Assembly (NCBI GenBank): GCA_000934665.2 | Contig: KZ538169.1 | Span: forward strand, 1 to 64,000 | DNA from: Catajapyx aquilonaris | Lineage: Eukaryota | Reading direction: 5' to 3' | DNA length: 64,000 bases | Shown here: positions 1-14,700 of the stretch, in pieces | How positions within the stretch are numbered: the stretch's first letter is position 1 | Layout of the letters: every line of letters begins with the position of its first letter | Position numbers and translations under genes: made by a program | Notes under the pieces: generated by a model | Databases searched by the model: none | What the model saw: the letters and a program-made list of their open reading frames with translations, nothing else | What the model was told of the DNA's origin: nothing

Positions 1-510
1 GTGCGATGTATCGAATATCGTGATCGTTCGATGTCGGTTTACGATATTTTTCGATGTCGGTTTTTCGATTTTCGATATCGACTTCGATTCGATATTTTTT
101 GAGTACCGAAAGTCGCTATGTAATTTCGGATATTGCACAGCCCTAACCAGGGTAGCCCAGCGACGGTGCATTTAGATTTAGAAGAACCCGGAATGGCTTC
201 AGGTCGGCCACCGTCGCTGGGCGACCCTAGATACTACACCAGCGCCGAAGCGGCAATCCCCCTGGAAGGAGTGGACGAGCTAAGCTCACATGGTTTCCAT
301 AATGCTGTGGTAGGAGTGTCAGGAGGCTGATCTGCACACTACTGACACTCCCAGGGTACCGTGCTGGACATTTATAGTGTCTTACAGGTGGCGCCACGAG
401 CCGTGTTGGCAAAAGAGCGAATTGAAGTGATGTATTAGTTGCTAATTCATCTTGCCAATTCGCTCTTTTGCGTGTAATGGATCGTGGCGCCACCAGCACG
501 ACACCATTAA

Positions 511-665
511 AGCTCATTTGCACGATGACGCTGACGGTCCTAACGGAAGTAGGAATGGTAAGCGAATAAGAATGCTCCACTCTATACTAGAAAGTAGCAG
601 AGGGGAGAATTCTGATTGGCTGGCCGTTCCGACATCCGTTAGGACCGTCGTCGTGTAAATGGGCT
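511..665. mobile_element. MITE family B (PIF/Harbinger-like by TAA/TTA flanks), copy 1
   Basis: Terminal inverted repeats agctcatttgcacgatgacg...cgtcgtcgtgtaaatgggct; homologous copy at 18815-18954. Confidence 0.65.
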
Positions 666-1413
666 TTTAATGTCCCGCAGCTGGCGGATGTCTAACCCCG
701 GACAAAGGCACACCGTAGCCAGTTCTATATTTGGACACCATTATTGTTACTCTGTGCTGATACGGCTTTTTTCCAACTGACAGTGTTGAAGCAACTTAGA
801 TTTAATAAGGTTTGCACTTAATTGTTAACACTTGTGTTTCAGAAGGAGCAGCGCAGGCGCATCGTGAACCCCCGGTTGATTGGATGTTTTGACCGAGGTG
901 GGAGGTGCCAAAATTTCCCGCTCAAAAATAATTCGCCCCGCCCCCTTTTACATTTTTTTTTGGCTTCCTTTCGTTAGTGTACAATACACTTATAGTGACT
1001 TAGATTTTTTTTAGCTCTTTTAGGGTGATTATTGTGTAACTTGGCTGCGATTGGCTCGGGTTCACACTAGATATTCCTCGATGTTTTTTTTTTTGTTAAT
1101 TTAAAAATATATATTTAAATGACATAATGATAACAATTAAAAGCTTGTACATTTGTCCAGTTTATAGGACGCTAGGCAAAGGCGCATCATTCCGATTGGC
1201 CCGATGGGCGATGACGTGTGAACCCGAGTCTGTACCTCGTTTCAGCTCCCCAACCCAACTTTGACGTCACGGGAGTGGTTAGCACACCATACATTAAATT
1301 ACATTGTTAACCTAGACCTGTCTATTTCTACTCTTGATCTCTGATCTAGCCTTAGAGCCACTCATAACCTGTAGTGTGAGTTACCATTTCCCCTCTTCTT
1401 TTTTGTGTTTTAG

Positions 1414-1498
1414 GGGCTTCGGGTTTGTGACGTTCGCCGATCCAGCTAGCGTAGATAAAGTCTTAGCGCACGGCACTCATGAGCTAGACGGTAAAAAG
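1414..1498 (+). CDS. Rbp6: Exon, RRM1 second half ([28 protein letters not shown]), 85 bp, phase 2 to 0
   Basis: Polypyrimidine tract and tttag acceptor at 1412-1413; donor gtagga at 1499; RNP1 motif. Confidence 0.96.
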
Positions 1499-4400
1499 GT
1501 AGGAACAGTAGACTTGTACTTCTGCCTGCCCCTCCAAGCCAAAGAGCGCGCACATTGCCCCCCCCCCCCCCNAAAAATGGCGGACCCAAAATGGCTGCCC
1601 CAAGATGGCTGTGTGCGCTCTCGTTGGTTCAACCTACCCTTCATCCCCCTGTGTATGCGCATGCGTGTGTTATCTGCTGATTTCGCTTTAAGGAAAAGGT
1701 CAATAGTGGCACGGGCATACCTCAATTTGGGCGTGCAAATATGCAGTGTCGGATGGGTCCCGCCCCAAATATGCCTGGGTTTGTGTGTGTGTATGTGCGT
1801 GCGGTTCCTCCGAGGGCCCATTGTTGACTCTGCGGGACCTGGCTCGGGGAGAATTGGTAGGTGGGGGGGAGGGACAAATGAACAATCCCCGGGTCACGCT
1901 CGGCACTAATTGTTGCTCAAATAGGGTGTGCTCGACATACAGCCTTGGCAAGTGCATCTGCAGTGGTCAACAAGGATGATTCCAACCGTATATTCGCCAG
2001 GAATCGTACAAGCAGACATGTGTCGAATCCTTCTCATGCTAAATGACTAATGAAATAATGAAGGACCAAGCGACTAATAATAGCAGCTAATAGTTGTCAT
2101 AGCCTGTTCCGTCACAGCTCGCCCGATGCACGTTCGCTCAACAAAAATTCGCCCAGTAGCAGCTTGTACTGTAATTAACAACAGTGAACATGCATGGGGC
2201 GAACGTGCATCGGGCGAATTGGTGTTATACGGTGAAATCCATTATATGCAGAAAACTGATAATAAAAAACTACTAAATGGACGATTAAATAATAAGCGAA
2301 CAAGTAACTAATATCGGCAGCTCCTTAAATTGCCAGCTAGTGACCAAAGTAACGAAAAAGTGAACAAGTAACCAATATCGGCAGCTAACAGTTGTGATAA
2401 TAGGCAGAATAACTAGCAAAATAAATCTTGCATACATAAAAGGCGAAGTTTGTTGGTGTGGCCCATTTCATACCAATAATATCAATGGTGCCATGATGCC
2501 AACAATGATTTCCTTTTTGTTGATTACGGTGGAAATAGGCCGTGCGAAGAACGGGCTCCTCTGCTAGTACCTAATAAGTACACAAGTAACTAATGCAGCA
2601 GACTCCGGATATAGCCGACTTCAAGGGACTGCAGCGCCATAATCTAAGTGTGTTATAGCCGAGGCTGTTATATCTGGGGTCAACTGCATTAGGAGCTAAT
2701 AGTTGTGATAACAACTGAAATCCTCTGAATAAATAAGAAATAAGCATATAATATTTGTGATAACCTGTTAAAATAAATAACTAATAAGTGAGCAAGTAAC
2801 TTATTTTTGCCTAATAGATCCGATAGCCACTGAGATCGACAGAATAATCTTTCTTCTAATAGGCTTATTCTATCCGTCTGTTTGTCCGACCTGATAGTAT
2901 CACCTGAGGCCTGAGGGTGGCAAGAGTGTGCAGAGGGTGTATGCGCCATCTATGCGCGAAGAACAGTACTGCGTACTGGTAAATCGGCGGGCCATCTCAT
3001 TCAAGTCGTTAAATATCACTGTTAAGCTGATTGTAGGTTTAGCCAAATTTAGGCACTAGTAAAATGAATACATACTAAGTGAGTAACTAATATTGGCACC
3101 AATTATTTGTGATAGCCGCTGAAATGGGTAGAATAAATAATGAGCGAACAAATTATTGTAGCTAATAGTTGTGGTAGCCACTAAAATTTTTTGCCAATAT
3201 TAGTGGCTATCGCAGCTGTTAGCGCCAAAATTAGTTACTGGTTCAATTATTATTTATTATACCGATTTGTGGTTATCACAAGTGTTCAATATTATTATTA
3301 TTGAGGATTGTCAGGATCAAAATGGCCGTGTGTTGTAAAAATTAGCTTTGTAACGCGAACTGTAGTTGCTACAAGTTTAATAATTCGGCTAATATTTTTT
3401 CGATTCGAACTTATGTGAGTCTGTCGTAAACCGCCATGGGACTACACAATGGGTAAGGCTTGGGCCAATGGGGAGTGGTTTTTGCTGAAAAGTTTTTGGC
3501 AAAGTTTCCCATAGTCTCTAGCCACTGCGTGAAAGTAGCTTATTTGTGCTTTTCATAATCCGAACTGAGGTGAGACGAAAGTTTGTTAATTTGGGGGGCG
3601 GCTGGATGCTGCCAAAATCGATTTCTTTGGCCCAATTGGCTGCTAAGAAAAGAAGATTTGCATTTTTTTTTAAAAAAAGAAAAAAAATCGATTTCGGCTG
3701 GCAACCCTGGGTCAAAGTGTGTGACGTCACGAACATGGCGGACCTGGGGTGGGTGGGTGGTTGTCTCATTACTCCTGATAATTACCTTGTGTCAAAATTA
3801 ATGAGGGCGACATGCAGGGTGGGGCTTGCTAATTAATTAATCATTCACGAGCGCCTGCGTAAGTTTTTTTTTTGGCACAGATTTTTTTACAGGAAATTTT
3901 TTTTGCGTGAGAAATTGTCTTGAAGAATGTCAGGGTGCTCTCTGGAGCGTTGAGTCTCCTTTCGCGGAACATTGGGTGGGGGAAAAGGTCAGGCTGTGAC
4001 CTTTTTTTTGCGGGGTCGGATCCGGAACAGTGCTCGGATCACCTTTCCGGGACCGTAGGTGGGATCTGATTGGATGGAATCAGTCGGTGGGGACAAAGAC
4101 TGTGATTGGTCCGAGTGTTCAGAAAAATTACCTTGCAAGTTATAGTAGGAAGTTTACTGTACACACACGACATCCATTAATTTCATTATGTTATTTATTT
4201 TTATTTGTTGGCATTGTAATTGCATCTATTTCATGCAAATGTGTTGCTCTAATAATTATGTTCTAATTATTTTTATTATTATCAAGTTATTATTTTTGGG
4301 AGTTATAATTTATACTGCAGTTTTATACTCTTTAAAATTTAAGTCAAATTATTTATATACAGGGTGTTTTCCAGATTCGTGGGTCACTTTTTGATAACTG

Positions 4401-4632
4401 ATATCGCCCGATAGCAGTTATTTTTTGTAGCTTGTTGTGCCCCTAACCATGTTCTCCATTCTATAGCAGTAGTTATTGAATCAGGAATGAGGCACATGCT
4501 ACAAAAAATAACTGCGATCGGGCGATATCAGTTATCAAAAAGTGACCCACGAATCTGGGAAAACACCCTGTATATTTATATTTTAATAAATAATAAAAAC
4601 AACAACAACAAATAATAATAATAATAATAATA

Positions 4633-4667
<35 letters not shown>

Positions 4668-5658
4668 TGGCGTTATTCCCAATATTTACTGTTTTGCACT
4701 TTTTAGAATTTAAATTAAAACGCAGTCATTAGTTAATTTTGGGCATTAAGCTCGTTTTTAATATTATAGTAAATAACTAACATTAGGCCGAATGTAGTAA
4801 GGTGGCTTACCAGAGATGGTACCCATGTTGACCAGGCATGGAGGGGCTGTAGTTATTACGGGTATAGTTAAATTATGTCCAAATTAATTTTACTGGGTCG
4901 TAATTTGTCTATAATAACGTAAACAAGTTTTTACCACATGATATTTGCAGTGTTACCAGGTTTTCCGATTGACCTGACCGCACTAATTAGCCGGAATTTA
5001 GATTACAAGCAGCTAATATATGACTATCGATAATTAGCTAATATTTTGTTTGAATCGAACGAATCCTAGTTTAATGGCAATTTTTTGCTGTCATTTACAT
5101 ACTTATTGTTGGAAATATTTGTTCCGACATTAATAACTACGGTACTCTTCAGGGCTGCCAAAATTAACTACGTTATGTTAGATATTTAATTTTTATGAAA
5201 TTCAACCCCGCCATGGAGCAATGTTAGGTTAATTGTATGCATCCTTGTTAGACTTTTTCTTATCTAAAAAAAAGTATCATAGAACGGCTCCGTTTGTCTG
5301 TGGACAGGAGCCTAAACCACAGGAGATAGACGGTTTTCGGATTCGGATTCAGCATGACCAAAATAGGTTTCATGGCCAACTTCCGGTTTTCCGGGTTCAC
5401 GCTATCCGCCAAGGTCAAGTCTAGAGGCGGGTGACTTTGGGTTCCTTGGAAACCGGAAATAAGACCGGCTACATTCCATGTCATTGTTGTTCAATTGTAA
5501 TCTCCATGGCAATGAGAAAAGGTCTACTCGAATCACGCTGGCGTGATTTGCCAATGATCTTGACGTTGACCTAACATCCGCTTTGTCCAAATAACTGCTA
5601 CTGTATTAGCATTAATACGTGCACATTGTTACAAACAACATAGATGATGATGATGATG

Positions 5659-5720
<62 letters not shown>

Positions 5721-8700
5721 TTTTGTTGTTTGGTTTCCACATTCGGCTCTTATTAGTTATATATTTGTTTGCCCTTGCAGTTATGCGCCATTGTATTCCT
5801 CCCAAAATGGCGCGGTTCAATTAGTCCTCATTTACATGGTAATTTAACATGTAGCACTCGTAGTTTTGCCTCATTGCGATTCGCCCAACCCCACAACCGG
5901 AAGTTTATATTTAGGCCAACCAGCAACTCATAACAAATTTAAAATCCAATCAGCACGGCCCCTAATTTATTTACCGCATTTTTTCCGCCCGATTATTACC
6001 GCCAACTTTAGGAGCGCGTGCTATGGGCAACAATGCAGCGATTGTTGACATAGCTCGTCTTTGTCGCGGACGTGCGAAAAGGCCGGGCACCCGTGATTTC
6101 AGGGGGAGGTGTGGGTGGTGGGAGGGGTGGTCACGCCAGCTATGCAAATTTCATGAGCTATAAATGTACATGGAGATCGCGTGCTATGATTGCTTTGCCT
6201 CCCCACCTCCCTCCCCCACCGTCCTATTCTCCATATAGCTGACCATGGGGGTGGAAATTAGTGGGGGCATTCGGATGCCCGTCGGCATGTCGGAAAATAG
6301 ACGCGTAATAGATGGTGGGGATAGATAACCAATTTTTGCGCTATTATTGTGCAGAAGTCAAGTGGGCCAGGTCCGGAACGGGCCCAGTTTCGCCCGTGAC
6401 CTACCAGTGTTGTCGCACTTTTATTGAGCAAGGGTGCCAACAGGGCGCTCGAAAACGTGGATACGGTTTTGCATTTGACTCAAGTGCAAAATCGTCTCAT
6501 GTTTTTGAGCGATATAAGTACTTCATTAGGCTAAATTAATTTTAATAAATTCGAGATTGTAATTAACTAAATATTTAACTTCAATCTACTGTTAGTACAT
6601 TTAAATAGAAACATTAAACGTTAGTAATACATAAAATAATAATTGGTAATAAAAACAAGCAGTGCCAAAATAATTTTCTCACCAAACCTTCCAAATAACT
6701 ACACTGTACCCCCGATTATCCGGGCTAATTACTGCAGGGGTGTTGCCGGATAATCGGAACTTAAAAATTAAAGTCCGAAATATTGTGTCGAATTTTCGTC
6801 CCACTGATAGATACTGCTAACTTAGCAGTACCAATGGCACTGCTACTGCTAAGTTAGCAGTATCTGTCAGTGGGACGAAAATTCGACAGAATATTTCGGA
6901 CCTGTATTTTTATTTTTATTTTTGGCGATGCACGGATAATCGGGACACAGTGGAGTACCTGATCGAATAGGTAATTGCATAATAACCATGTAAAAAAGCT
7001 ACATGACCTGGGAATAGCAGAATTATAACCAGATAAAGTAGCTGCTATTCACCAAAACTATTGCGATATTACTACTGTAACTTCTCGAAATTAGTTTTCC
7101 CACCAAAATAACTTACCACATGAAATGGCCGCTAAATTGTTATTCGCCAATAATATCTATAACCACATGAAATAACTGTCAGAGGTGTTGTTCACCAAAA
7201 TAGCTTACCATATAGGAAGTAACTGCTAAATAAGTGACTCATGTTACTACCCTTACCTATATGACTCACTAGGCCTAGTGCTAGGCCTACTTAGGGCCCA
7301 TCACGTGTAGTGTTACCGCAGTTCTGGCTTGTCTTTTGGCAACACTGCGATCCCTCCCCGGCGGGCGTAGGTGGTTTTTGGAAGTGTGGGCTTAGGATCG
7401 ATGTTTCTCCTCGGGCAGCTCTATTGTATCTAGTGTACATAGAAGTAAGAGAGAGAGAAAAAAAAGAATAGACGGGGTGGATGGGAAGCGTCGTTAGGCC
7501 TCCATTTTTGTCTTCCCAGAGGACGTCGTCTTCATCTCCAGCCCTGCATCCAATCTGGTATCGACCTACGAGTTTTGGGACCCACCAGAAAAATAGATAG
7601 GCCGTGGAAACGGGGGGAATAGGAGCCTGAAAGGTATTGTTAGGAAGGAAAAATTTGGCGTTGTTTGTTGCCTCAGGTGATTGCATACCTGAAGTCTACG
7701 GGGGTGAATATTATCAGTGTGTTTTGCTCCGAATCCAAAAGAAATCACATTGTAATCACTGTTAGGTTACATTCCGCCCAGAAAATATTTTCGTCTGGAA
7801 AAGAGCCAGAAATGTCAACAAGCTCAGCTTTTCATTGAAGCGAAAGTTCTGCTTAATTTTTTGTGATTGCAAATTAGCTGTTCGAAAACAACTGCTTGCA
7901 ATAAGCAGCTGAGTGTGTTGAATCGTTAACCGCTAGTTTCACTGGTTAATCTCAAGAAGATTGATACTATTTGGTATTGATAGTCAACATCGTCTTGATA
8001 TTTTAGAGCGATATCGAGACCAAGATGGCGGCCGGAGTTGCCGCCTCGAGACTTTGCCGTCGTGTTGCGGACATACAAATCGTCGTAGAAAAGCGCTAGT
8101 ACGTAATCAGTTAACTCGCGAGGGAACAATACTGAGGATATCAAATATTATCTGACTTCTGCATTAGCGGCGCGGCAAATGATGCATTAACGTAACCAAG
8201 ATGGCGGCGGTCTGGAGCCGGTAGCCACAACGCTCATTCTGGGTCCTACCGCGAGGATGGACATTCAAAGAGTAATTCGGTTTATTGAATCATGCGCAAT
8301 TAACTTCTAATATTTTAATTGGCCCTAAAAGTGACTGCCTAATAAGCAGTTTCGGGCTCTGTATACTGCAGACGTTGAATATGCCAGCCAAGACCTGGCT
8401 GGACGGCAATTGGCGGTACCGTGTGGTGAAATAGATAGATGTCGGCAGAGGGCGAACCTGAGCCAGGCTGAAATTTTGCGCCAATCCGGATGAGCCAAAA
8501 GAAGGCAACAAAACTGCGATCTGAACCTGACACGGATTAAAAGTGCTAGAATTAACAGGCAGCAATATCCGGACATCCTGACATGCTGGGAAGGGTATTA
8601 CGCTGACATTTTCTGGTCGCTGGAGATTACTAATCTGGCGTTTCAAAATAAGTAACGAGGCAATAGAAGGCCTCGACAAACGGTAACGAACTGGTCGCTG

Positions 8701-8750
8701 AATGAAACGGCTTCAGTAGTTTAAAATTTTCTGTAAATGCGAATTAGCAA

Positions 8751-8793
<43 letters not shown>

Positions 8794-11700
8794 CTCTCCC
8801 AATAAACCAAGCGCCAATGTTAATGGGTAGTCTTGCAAATTAGGGTTTTCAGGTTATATTCGCATAGCTTTAGCCAACCAATTAGTAAGTTATTTAGAGC
8901 TGTTACAATATGGTAACGAATAAAGTTATTTCGCCCAGAGCTGCGATTGTTACTGAGCATAACGCCATGGTAGATAACTGGAGATTACCATTAAGCCTGT
9001 TCGATATTTCGAGATATCGCGAAGTATTCCATATTTATTTAGAAAATTGATATAGATCGGAATTTTGTGTTGGGATAACACCGATAAGTATCGAAAGATG
9101 GTTTTGGATCATTTGATTTTCTGATATTATCAGGTACATTGATATATCGATAAACCTACATTTGATATAGGCAGGTATTTCGATATCGCAATATGGTCGA
9201 TGTATCGAAAGAGATCTCGAAATAGGTTTTTATGCCAAGCAGTATTTTCGATATATTATGATATATCGAAAGATTTCTGGAGAATCTGCCGACATTAATT
9301 TTCCTGCTTGTCGATTTGCGATATTCACTCATGATTTTCGATACTATCGATATCTAGACTGTATCAATAATTATTGATATATCGAACCTCAGGCAACAAC
9401 ATACTTTTGACTGCCATTCCCCTGTCTGGTCCTGCCATCTGTAGCCAATCGCTGGAACTCTGACTAGGCGTTGTTGTCAGATGAGGAGTTATGTCCTCTT
9501 GGGGGAAATGGAGGGTCTAATTGGCCCCTTGAGACGCTAAATGAAGACGCGATGGAACTGGAGAAGAGCAAGGCGGGGCTCCTCCCACAAAAATGCGCTC
9601 GTTATAGGGAGTGTGCGGTAAAAGGAGTTGAAACTCCCCCCCCCCCCAAAAAAAAAGCGCGAGAGGAAGAAAAAAAAATTCGCAATATTCAAATCAGAAG
9701 TCGTCCATTTGCATAATTTCCCTTCGCGATCTTCGAAGCGAAGAAAGTTGGCTCCTTTCGCATACTGACGATCTCATTTGCTTCGCATTTTCTGCCCAGG
9801 TCTTATTTCGAGTATTGCTACGTCAGATTTTTTTGGAGGCGAAATTTTCGTTTTGCGGAGTGGCGATTGGCTAGAACAGTTTTTTTTTTTTGCGCTGGAT
9901 TTGCAATATTCATGGGCTTGTTCGGATTGTCGCCCACCACTTTAGCACTGTGGCCTGTTGCATGTTGTGTGATCTGGGGGTATGTAGTGTGCTTTTCACT
10001 ATTGGCAACCCTGCTCTATAGTTAAATAACCAGTTTGCCATTTCTTAAGCAAAAAAAATATTTATTAATAAAATGGTATGTCAGTGCCAGTATTTTCGCA
10101 AAAAAGAACAGTCGGATTTAATTTTTTGGCAATTACTAAATGTCAAGCTTTGCAAATGTACGCATTAATAAAGGCCAAGTGCTTAAATATCCGTTTGGAT
10201 AATTACGCACAGCTGTAAGCTATTATAATTTTTGGCGCTACTTCTTAAAGCGCGTTTCTTTTGCTGATGTCATGTATTTTTGTGCCACCAAATTTTGCAC
10301 GCACACTTAGAATAAGCGGCCATTTTGTGTCCATTTCCGGCTCCGGTTAATTTGGCGCATGTAACCTCGTTTTGCTCCAGGATTTTGGCGAATTTCCGCG
10401 AGTGATGTTGGCTTGTTGGGGACAGCCCCGACATGTCCCTTCGCAATCTGACAACCGCGGGGTGTGCTATTAGATACTTCCTAGTCCTGAGACCCTCGCC
10501 GGTCGTAAAACCCGGTCGCAAACGCCGTCGCAGTCATCATCATAATCAAAGTTGGGGCAGGGTAAGCCCTAATGGCCCTGCAGTCATTTTTTTAAAGGCG
10601 GGAAATGCCAAATATTTCAGCAATATACTGTTTAACAAATTAAAAATTGGGAGGAAATGTAGTGCTTGGATGCAAAATGGCGTCCAACCCAGTCGATTAG
10701 CCCAAACGCTGCATTTACATGTGGGATTAAAAATGGCGTCGACACCTGGAAATGACCCAAAGACAAGGCCAAACACCTGGATGCATAATGGCGTCACCGT
10801 ATAGAACTCGATTTGTGTAATGTAAGTGTGGGATTTAAAATGGCGTCCGTATTAGCTCAAACGCACCTACCTGATGGAAAGGATGCAAAATGGCGTCAAC
10901 TTCAGGTGATTAGCTATACATATGATGTGATGCAAATGTGGGATTCAAAATGGCGTTGCGTGTCGTTATTAGCTCCCACCCGTATATGGAGATGGGGTTT
11001 CCGATTAGGCGCTGGTGTCGCTCCACAGTTCCTAAGCACTTTCGGCGGGTGGGAGCGACTACGCCCACGGGGGGTCTCCATAAGGCTGGGGTAGGAGTGA
11101 CAGGGGGCTGCCTCGGACATTTGCGTTGCCAATGCAGGATTAAAAACGGCCGCCATTGCCCGCACTTCACATTTATGGCATGGAAATAGTAATGGTTGGC
11201 TCTTACGTATGGAAATTTCGGATCCAAAATGGCCGACTCGACCACACTCCAGCGTTTGCGTTATGGAAATTTATAGCACGTGTGCTGTATTTGAAACCGG
11301 TTTTTGAGTACGCCATGGGGGAAGTTTATGACGAGGCCGTATGAGCCCAGGCAAGCCCGGATAAGTATTTCAATTTGCCGTTCCGGATCAATGTTGCCAG
11401 ACTATTTACCATGCACCGATAGTTTTTGTACTCTTTCCCAAGGAGTTGCAGGCTAAACTGCTGGGGTTAGGACCGGTTTTATTGGCACTTGCAACAACAA
11501 AAAACAACAAGCGGGCCGTCCGATAGTTCCAGTCTGGCCTGGGGTAAACAGCGCTCTCAAAAGGCAATTTGTACGGGTTATTGTTGAGCCGAAGAGTACG
11601 GCTTGCTGAATCCTGACGTCTAAGTTTCAAAATAACAGCTATCATATCATATTATGCATATTAAGTTGGATGGTAGCAGCCCGAATTGTGCAGTGAATCA

Positions 11701-14700
11701 TCCATGTTGACCCACATTGTCATCAGACGTTAGCCAGTTAACCAGCAGTTAACAATGTGCCATTCAGGCTAATGTCGTAAGCTGTTTATTTTATAACAGC
11801 TATTTTAAGGGAGACGAAAATATCGTTTTTATCGAGGCAGGGTCCGTTATATAGCCATGTTTCACGGAAGGACTTTCGTAATATGACACCGAATGTGGCG
11901 GAGGTAGGGTCACGCTGCACCAACCTACACCATGACCTAACCTTCCTTCCCGGCGGATACACTCCTATCCTTCAGCAGACGCCTATAGGAAAGTAGGGAA
12001 AAGTGCGGGGTTTCCTATTACGAAAGCGTATAGCCGGTTTCACTAAATATTAGCTAAATTTGCTGTTAGGAAATAACTGCTTAGATAAGCTACGTGGGAT
12101 TGTTGCTCACAGCGATTGGTTCACCGCAAAATGGTTCTTTCACAATCTGGCGAGAATCTGTCGTAGCCAATTGACTTATCGCTCACGCTAAAATGTCTCG
12201 AATTCGCTCGAAAACAATGGTTCTCCCGACACCTTTTAGGTGTATATCTACAAGATAGCGAAAGCGTGAGCGTGGGCCAATTCTAGTAGTGTTCTCAAGC
12301 TCACGAGAAACGGCCTTAGCGAAAGCGTGAACTAACTCCATTAGCCCGTTGTATCCACCACAGACGATTCCACGAGCCAATCGGGTTCGAAATTTGACTT
12401 CTCGTTCTCTCTTACGCTTAGGCCCTTTCTCGCGAGCTTGGGCACACAGCCTAAAAGTGTTTCCCATGTCGCGAGCAAATTCGCTTAGGTTTCTCGCTCA
12501 CGCTTTCGCTGTTACTTATTTTGGCTAACTTGGAAACACAAAGGGATCGTCCAATAACTACACGCTCGCGCTAAGAAGTCTCGAATTCCCTCAAAATCTG
12601 TCGTTCACGAGAGCATGAGAACACATCTGATGATCAGAAGCTAGCGAGAATCGGTGGAGGCAAAAGCGTGAGCGAGAACTCAGTTATCGCACGCTTTTAG
12701 TTTAAAATGTCTCTAATTCGCTCAAAATCTGTTGTTGTCTCCAGCACGGGAACACATCTGGAGAGCGAGAGATGATCAGAAGCTAGCGAGTATCGGTGGA
12801 GGGATAAACGTGAGCCAGAAGCCAATTATCGCACGTTTTTCGTTTAAAATGTCTCGAATTGGCTCAAAATCTGTTGTTCTCGCGAGCATGGGAACACATC
12901 TGGAGAGCGAGAGATGATCGGTGGAGGCAAAAGCCTGAGCGAGAACTCGATTATCGCACGCTTTTCGTTTAAAACGTCTCGAATTCGCTCCACGAGTATG
13001 AAGGCAATGCCAGAAAGATATGGCGGTGTTCGAGTCGACCCGATTGGCTAAGTTAGATCACGTGACCCAGGCAGAATCGACCGGCCCGCCACCTGCTGAC
13101 CACCTGCAATTATGAGACCGCAGAAGTCGGAGGTCCAAGGCAACACTAATTTCAAGAAAAAGTGTTTGCTTCCGCGAGCGAGCTTGCCGCAAAGCCATTA
13201 CAACACGCTGTAATTGCAACCTGGGGGGGCAAAAAAAGCTAATTATGCACGAGTCTTGGAAATACCTGATTTTACCAATTGGTCTAGTGATGCTAATCAA
13301 TGTTTTTTTCTCTATCTAATTTTCAGATTGATCCAAAGGTGGCGTTTCCACGGAGAGCGCATCCAAAGGTAAGCGATTGTTTTGTACTTATGACACCACC
13401 GGTGTTAATTTTTTTGGAAAGTGTGCAAATGTGCTCGGTGCAGCCACCTGGTGGATTCTATGCAGAGAGATAGATCTTGAGAGAGAGAGAAAAATGGCAG
13501 AGGAGCTCCACCCAAAAATTGCGGGTTTGTTGTATCCACACACACGCACACATGTTTTACACCATTGTTGAAGCCCCGGCGCAACAAAAGAGGCTGACTT
13601 AAAACCCACTTCAAAGAGTGGGGTAGACGCGACTGGGATTGAGGGTAATGGAATTCTATTATCTATCCCCCCTCCACCCCCTCTCCGGTACCATTTTCTC
13701 CAAATAAACCGATTTGCATCGATTGGGAAAGCCAGATTGCGGCGAGAGAGAGGGCGAAAAAATCGCTCGCTTTAATCCCCAACCCGCCATTTTGCGCTCG
13801 TCGCCCGGACCTAAATTGTTGCTTTATATTTACCGAGCACACCCTGTAATTGAAAGGGTGTGCTGGCACCAACTGCTGGGATGTGCGAGAATATTTGAGC
13901 GATTTTTTGGTTCTACACGCTGAACGATTGGACGACATTTGGCGATATTATGCAGTTGCTTGTAACGGTTGTCAGATAGCTGCTAGTTTTAGCTTGCTGC
14001 ATTGTTCAGCCTATTAAATATGCATTCGACATAGTATTAGCTACTATAAGCAGCTTAGTACGAATATAGCTAACACTGTGCAGTTCCTTCCGACCTAATC
14101 TACCCCAACTTGACCCCCGGAGTGAGGGACACCATAAATAGGAGATGGACTTGGGGGCTCGCCCTATTTTCCACCTTCTTTCCCCCTCTTACACATTGTA
14201 TCGAATGTACAGGGTGTTCCAAGTTCGTGGGTCACTTTCTTATCACTATTATTGCCCGAAGTGGTTATTTTTTTGTAGCTTCTTGTGCCCCTAATTCCTG
14301 CTACATTACTCCCCCTAAATTCCAGACATTGCATTGGTACAAAGCGAATGGTCTGGTTAGCGACTTTCTACTACTAAGCTGCTTATTGTAACAGTTAAAC
14401 ATTAGGTCGAATGCATGCTTAACTAATGCAATAGGCTCCGAACAAAGTGGACCATTCCTTCAGCTAACTATCAGCAATATTTTTATAACAGCTATAAGTA
14501 ACTACAAAAAGAAGAGAATATCGTGTAGTGAAAGCGAGAATCCAATTCCCAGTTCATCGAAATCGATTCAAAAGTCGTTCTTGCGCGCTTGGGAACGAAG
14601 CTTTGCGCAGTTGAATTGTGCTGTTCGCAAATTTTCGCACCTCGTTGCTTATAGCTCAGTTACTTTAGATGTTAAAAGTAGCTGATAATATTAGTCGAAC

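Noticed and set aside
1499..1909. Continuation of the 191-aa ORF after the RRM1 exon
   Set aside because: Similarity to Musashi stops exactly at the GT donor; the remainder crosses a poly-C run with an N and a GT repeat.
4473..5847. Poly-Y and poly-I ORFs
   Set aside because: Products of (AAT)n microsatellites.
8748..8792. Poly-Q coding exon
   Set aside because: No convincing splice sites or open-frame context; treated as an intronic microsatellite.
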